Source of the DNA: Alloascoidea hylecoeti
Lineage: Eukaryota
Direction of reading: 5' to 3'
NCBI GenBank assembly: GCA_001600815.1
Contig: BCKZ01000008.1
Coordinates: 899,885-963,884 of the forward strand
Length of the DNA: 64,000 nt
The notes beneath the pieces were generated by a model. It was not told where the DNA came from. It searched no databases and was given only the letters and a program-made list of their open reading frames with translations. This document shows positions 58,100 through 64,000 of the stretch, piece after piece. Both the position numbers and the translations under genes were made by a program. Within the stretch, counting starts at the first letter, position 1. Each line of letters begins with the position of its first letter.

Positions 58100-59400
58100 T
58101 TTGCAGGTTACTCTGTTTTTCGTTCAAAGTGGGGAGAGTTTCTTCTTCTTTTTTATCTTGTTTTTTTCATCCTATTTATCCCGAGCTCGCTAAGTTTTCT
58201 TCTTCTCATGTTATTACCCAGTAATACCAACAGCTGCTTTTCCATCCTTACCTTACCTCTCCTATCCTTACTTGATCATTGCCATGTTTCTTCCTGAAAA
58301 CTCCGGTATTTAAGGGTGACAATTGAACTGTTGTGCATATTGTGAGTTTTTAACCATTCACGTCAGAAAATGATCTAATTTTCGATAAAATTCTATTGAT
58401 TCAATTTTATTGGAGTATTATCGTTCTCATTATTTGTTGAGAATAAGGAAATTGTCCTCTGGCAGTGGTTTAGAAAAAGACTTCACCCCATGCTCGGATA
58501 AAACGGTCTAATCCCAGTCTTCTTTAATTTCTTTAATCCTTGCATAGATCATTACCGGTATAAAATTAGGGTTTTCGGCCGCGTAAAGGACCTGTGGAAC
58601 GCCATTTTCAGCCCAATTGAGGACGAACAGGCTCTTTTGTAGATAAAGAACAGTACTAGCTATTCGCTGTCTTACTTGGCTGAAAGCATGCTCTATTACA
58701 ATTGTGAATGAACTTTGGCTGGTAATAATTTTGACAAATTAAGGAATCTAGTGCTTTGTATAAGTTTGTACTATCTCTTGAAGCCCTTTTCTTTAGAGCT
58801 AAGGAAACGATACCCTTCCAATCACTTAGGTAGCGTTTCTAGGATTCCGCTTGGAAAAGCCAGCCACCCATAACCAGTGGGGCCGTTCTTGGTTGGTTTT
58901 TATTTTGGTGGGCACTTATCTTTCTCCGATGTATCAACTGACCGATGAAACATTAAAACAGTTCTCAGTCGACAGCCACTCTTATTTCCGCTTAATAAAG
59001 TAGTACATTGGTTATTAATTCTCTTTGGAGTTAGTCAAACCTTGGTATACTACTTTAGCTGCTAATGTGGATTGTCCATCATTCATTCAAGCATTTAGAG
59101 TTGAACGGATCAACTCGACGTTCCTTGCAAACCATCTGACCGAAGTATTTGACCCAAGATGATTTCTTTCCATGACGTTTAGTGGCCTTACTTCCTTGTA
59201 TCTTGATGCAAATGCTTTGAGGGACCTTGTAGGTTTTATCATTCTTGGTGGTGAAAAAGAAACCGAGATGGACTCCAAAGAGTCCATCAGAAACTCTGAT
59301 ATGGTCAGTAACAATGGAACAACTCTTACAGCTACATATGGAAATTGGATGTAAATGTGTTTAATAACTGTAGCGTACCATTTATACTAATAATTACAGC
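58100..59400 (-). mobile_element. Heavily decayed pogo/Fot1-like relic, homologous to 7950-9330
   Basis: Collinear nucleotide matches to the 8 kb relic; remnants STNLYKALD (cf. THLLQPLD) and KKTGIRPF (cf. TGIWPF). Boundaries are approximate. Confidence 0.55.
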
Positions 59401-59733
59401 CAAGTTTACCATCAAACCCAATGGTTTTTTGTTCACCGCTGTCCAGAATGATAGATCACGAACAATATTATATGACTAAAGGTATACTTTAAAAAGGACT
59501 TGTATAAATCTCATCTATACATCTGATAGCGTAGCCATGTTTTTTGTAAATGATAATCTATACGATAAGGTTTTTTTATCAGAAGCCTAGATCTATGACA
59601 AGCAACGAAATTATAATTACGTGCCGATTTCAATATCAAACAAAAAAAAAAAAACTATTCTTCATAAATTGGAATATTTTAGCTCTGCTACATAATCCTA
59701 TCCCTAAATGTAAAAAACATCGATCATATCTAC

Positions 59734-60940
59734 CTATGGAAACCCATACTTATAATTAGCAACGCGAACAAAAGAAAAAGATTTATCATTTTTTAAAGAA
59801 AAATAAGTTTTATCTTGAGAAATTTTATCAACAGAATATGATGAAATCCAATTTAATTTATGATGTCTTGCTTTACCTGCAGTACGTATTTGAAATAACA
59901 AATAAAATCGGTACTTATCGACAGGTCCTTCACTTTCAACCATAATTCTACCATTAAGGGTCATTTTCCATTTACCTAAATAAACATCTCTAATTCCACT
60001 TTTTGTTTCAATGTTAAAATTTGGAACAACTAAAGATGGTTCATCAATTGTTAACAAACGAATACATGTACCATCAGGGTAAAACCTGAAATATCTGTAA
60101 TAAGTGACCATATGAACTGGATTTGTCCAAGAAGAAGAATCATAGTCCTTTATTCCTGTGCTCATATAATTACAAACACTAATATATATACCCCTGAATT
60201 TGATAAAAGGTCTTTCAAAATACATATTTTTCCAACTATTTTCATAATTTTTTATCATAAGATGTTGATTTTCGTGAATTGCGGGTGCATTATCAGAACT
60301 TGAAGTAAAATCACTATCATAAAACATATCAATTAGATTGGGATTATGGTAAGCCATCTGTGGATACTGAATGAGGCATAACAATTTCCAAATATCATTG
60401 CGTTTAAAACCGACATAGGCCAATTTCTTACATGTCAATGCAAAAGAAATAAAAGCTCTACAATCATTATCAAGCACTAACATCTCCATAATTGAAGTTA
60501 AGATCTCTTCGGGTAATTTATCCAGATAACAAACTGTATCCGGATCTTCAGGCTCAAGAGATAAATCGGCAAACGATAAAAGTAACTCATTTGTATCAGC
60601 ATATAACTTTTGTGATTTTTTGAGACGACTCGATAGTCTCTGCTTTGGTGCTAAAGATGTTGGTGGTTCTTCGCCACTTTTCGAACTTCCGGCAGCACTT
60701 TTCCACAGGGCATCATTTTTCTCTCGATAATATTGTACTACTTTTTCATCATACTATTGTAAATTGAGATGTTAGTTAAATTGGAGATGGCCTATAAATG
60801 ATAAAGTTATAAATTAATCTTACTTTGAATGCTTGCCTATAGTACTTTACGGCCTCAGACATAAGTCCTGCTTTCTCTTTTATAAGAGCTTTTTCAAAAG
60901 CCTGCAGAGCTTTTTCTCGAGTCGTTATCTCTTGACTCAT
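59734..60940 (-). CDS. HRT3: F-box protein Hrt3/FBXO9; spliced
   Basis: Exon 1 (60940-60824) ends ...EAVKYYRQAFK. Intron 60823-60754 has GTAAGA...ACTAAC...ATAG. Exon 2 carries the F-box LDKLPEEIL, RPFIKFRGIYISVCNY and VTYYRYFRFYPDG. Confidence 0.92.
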
Positions 60941-61747
60941 CTCGCCAACTCATACGTACACGTATCTAAAATTAAATAGATTGGTTCGATTTTAGTGTAT
61001 ATAGAAGGTTTAATTATAAATATTTTGAAGAACAGGAGATTGAATGACTAATCAGCGCCTAGTGTCACCTCACGTCATTATAAATGATATTACAAATTAA
61101 CCCACCAATCCTAATTTCATCCGAGAGTTGAAGCAGAGAATATTAAAAATTGGAATATATAATAGGTAACAAGATTTGCTCCCATAGTGAAGTAAAATAG
61201 AAACTTCAAATAGTTGGTTTATTTTTTTTGGTTTCACAATTGTTCCAAGTTTCATCCTAGAACACCCGTTCTACCTCTTTTAGTTAGAAGGTTGACACAA
61301 ATTTATTTATGTCCTTAAGATTCTTTTTATATTTTTTATTATGAAGTTGGAATTTTTATACTATTCTGTTACAGATTTTTAACATAATTGAAAATCACTG
61401 CACTGGAAATCATTGTAGATGAACTATGCTAAACTTTCTTTCATAATGCCTGTCATATACTATAGATACTACAAAATATTGAGATATATCACAAGTTTTC
61501 TTGAAACTACTACCTAACTCATCTGTTAATTTTCGACATATAGAATACTGAATCAATTGAAATAATATAGTTAACAATTATATATATAATGCCTTCAAAT
61601 AATTGATATATATTATATTCATTATCCTTGATTTTTGTTTATTTCCTATTAATCGATTTTTTTTAAAAAATACATTCGTTTCCTAGTTTTAATCACTAAA
61701 CTTATCACATTTAATTTACATTTATTTATCAGATCTCTCGTGGAAGC

Positions 61748-63391
61748 ATGTTTTATGATATGGAAAATGATACAACAGATGCAAGATATAATGGCAGATC
61801 TACGATAAATGATACTGGATATCATTTGATGGAAAATAATACTGACAATTTAGATGGCAGATCTACGAAAAATGATGCTGGATATCATTTGATGGAAAAT
61901 AATACTGAAAATTTAGATGGCAATAATAATAGTATTTCAGATGCAGAAATCATTCAAAAAGTTAACCAATTGTTGAGTCGGCATACAAAGCTTGGTGATT
62001 ATCACTTTACAATGAAGAATAGAAATGAATCAGACTCATCTTTCACCTCTGGGGCTGAATTTAGTCAAGGCTTCAGCTTTAGAGATAATTCCAATGCTAG
62101 TTTATCTGACTATAGTTCTAATACTGGAAATTCTGGTGATAGTCCGATGTCAAATAAATCTCAATTACATGAAGCTTTTCCACAATTCCCAAGCGGTTTG
62201 CCTATGATGGCGTTAACGCTAAGTAATCGGGCTGAGATTCATTCTCATATATTACTCCTACTTTCTTTTCTTTCTCAATCCACATTGAAATTAATTGCAA
62301 AACATTATATTAAACATTTGGAACCTCGAAAGCAATCGTTGTATCCATATTGTAAAGGTGATGCTTCAAAACCAGACTGGTGGCCAAAAAAAATTAGACA
62401 TCGTGAACCTGATCATTTGAATAGATTTGAACGAGGCGCGGTTATGGTTGATTTACTTCGTTATGTTGCTAGAAATGATATTAAGCAAAGAGGCAATATT
62501 TTAATGTCACAAAATACTGATAATCAACGCATACGAAAGGAAGCAGACTCTGGTGAGAAAATGACAATTTCTGATCTTAAAACTATATCACTAAACCAAA
62601 ACTTAAAATTAACGCTTAGAAAAAAACAAATTCTATCATTAATTTTTTTAATCGTTGAAAAAGAATCAGAATACAACTTAGGTTTGATAAAAAATCAAAA
62701 ATTTTTTATTACTAATGTTAAAAAAATACCAAAGCAAAATACTCTTGATAAATGCCATGTTTGGAAGAATATTATTCCTGATGGTTCAAATTCTAGTAAT
62801 CCTAGTGATAATGATGACAGTGAAATGGAAACAATTGACGAAGAAATGGATTTAGATATTTATAATTCTGCGGATATTACGACCCTAACAAATAAATCGA
62901 CATCATCTGACGGTTTGGTTACTATCATTAAAAAAGGCACTACTGCTAATTATGAGGCTGTGAAAGAGGGAGTAAATTTTCAACACTTACTGAGTAATCA
63001 TGGTTTAATGACTTCGGCACTACAAAATCCAATATTAGACTCCGGCACAACATTATCACCACCATCTATACCACACAATCCTTTATCATATTCACACTTG
63101 GACAATGCTGATAAGTCAGTTATGTCGTATGGATTATCATTAGACAGCTATAATCATACTTATAATATTCCAAACCTCTCATTGTCGGCCCCCTCAATCA
63201 TGGATTTTAAGCCTACAACCACAAGGTCGTTTCAATCTTCAGATCCTTTTTCAACGCAAATTTCGACAATGGGAATGATTGCCCCACACCTAAGCAGTAC
63301 CGAAAGTGCACCATCACTAAATAGTCATGTTTCTCATTCTTTACATATTGATGAAGACTTAATCTTTTCTACCCATTTCGATGACATTTGA
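61748..63391 (+). CDS. DUF2841 (YDR124W-like) protein
   Basis: LKLIAKHYIKHLEPRKQSLYPY...KPDWWP...HREPDHL signature. Confidence 0.85.
   Translation: MFYDMENDTTDARYNGRSTINDTGYHLMENNTDNLDGRSTKNDAGYHLMENNTENLDGNNNSISDAEIIQKVNQLLSRHTKLGDYHFTMKNRNESDSSFTSGAEFSQGFSFRDNSNASLSDYSSNTGNSGDSPMSNKSQLHEAFPQFPSGLPMMALTLSNRAEIHSHILLLLSFLSQSTLKLIAKHYIKHLEPRKQSLYPYCKGDASKPDWWPKKIRHREPDHLNRFERGAVMVDLLRYVARNDIKQRGNILMSQNTDNQRIRKEADSGEKMTISDLKTISLNQNLKLTLRKKQILSLIFLIVEKESEYNLGLIKNQKFFITNVKKIPKQNTLDKCHVWKNIIPDGSNSSNPSDNDDSEMETIDEEMDLDIYNSADITTLTNKSTSSDGLVTIIKKGTTANYEAVKEGVNFQHLLSNHGLMTSALQNPILDSGTTLSPPSIPHNPLSYSHLDNADKSVMSYGLSLDSYNHTYNIPNLSLSAPSIMDFKPTTTRSFQSSDPFSTQISTMGMIAPHLSSTESAPSLNSHVSHSLHIDEDLIFSTHFDDI
61791..61922 (+). 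repeat. 63-bp (21-aa) coding tandem duplication
   Basis: ATGGCAGATCTACGA... starts at 61791 and 61854, with a partial third start at 61917. Confidence 0.9.
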
Positions 63392-64000
63392 GATGTTTTA
63401 CTACGGATAACTTTATTATATAATATTAAACGATAACTAAAGGTAGGAAAAAAAGGACAGTTTGCTTAGTCAATTGCAAAATCGCGGTTTACCTGGGTTA
63501 TATATACGCTTATGTTATGCCTGTAGTTTATCGTGAGCACTAAATATGGGCCACAGTGAGGACTAAACCAAATTACAAATTACATAATTGGTGTTTCGAA
63601 TATATTCCAATACTGAATAATTATTTAAGATCTTATATATCATTTAGTTACCAGTAATCGAGCAAAATATTTAAATATCTATAATACTGTTGAAGCAATT
63701 CACTAGAAAGTTAATTATATTGTATTGTAGCTTTCATTTGCAATTAATGATCAAGGTCTCATATGAAGAAAAGCGACACCCTGGTCCACATTCCAGTCTT
63801 AAGCTTTGCCTTGTTTTTTTCATTGGCCTCCCCACTAGCATGGATAGTAGCATCCACTCTGGTACCCTGTTTCCTCTTTCGGATTTACCGAAGTTTGCTT
63901 ATAATTACAGTGATAACGAGATTATTGTTCTTTCTTATCTTACACCTTAAGTTTTCTGCCAATGGTTTAACCTTCAACCGTATTCGCTAATATTGGCCTT

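Noticed and set aside
63690..63990. Short ORFs at the window end
   Set aside because: No recognisable motifs; possibly decayed repeat sequence.
1..64000. CRISPR arrays, rRNA genes, bacterial-type operons or viral inserts
   Set aside because: None seen. The repeats are microsatellites, coding repeats or transposon-derived, and the 8-10 kb relics fit DDE transposases better than viral genes.

Overview
AT-rich nuclear DNA from a budding yeast (Saccharomycotina). It is probably an early-diverging lineage: short GTAAG/GTATGT introns, CTG read as Leu, and retained DDB1-like and GMPPA/PSA2-like genes. About 21 protein genes are supported, five of them spliced and missed or truncated by the ORF track (DIB1, MIM2, a CYSTM gene, PSA2, HRT3). 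There are three tRNA genes, two dead Tc1/mariner copies, several pogo/Fot1-type relics, a 5'-truncated LINE beside a tRNA gene, and a 282-nt assembly gap. The most interesting signal is an ~800-nt ORF-free, hairpin-rich locus at ~25170-25990. It shows 5'/3' long-range pairing and a 1.4-repeat C-rich template-like motif (TACCTAACCTACC), making it a candidate telomerase RNA; this is unproven. Other points of interest: a secreted PL1 pectate lyase, a stand-alone Tom1-like HECT ligase with a G-U-biased fold-back upstream, an adjacent copper amine oxidase/aldehyde dehydrogenase pair, an atypical Ras-like protein, and sharp GC-rich islands that cut through coding sequences. All calls come from reading the sequence by eye; no database searches or folding programs were run.
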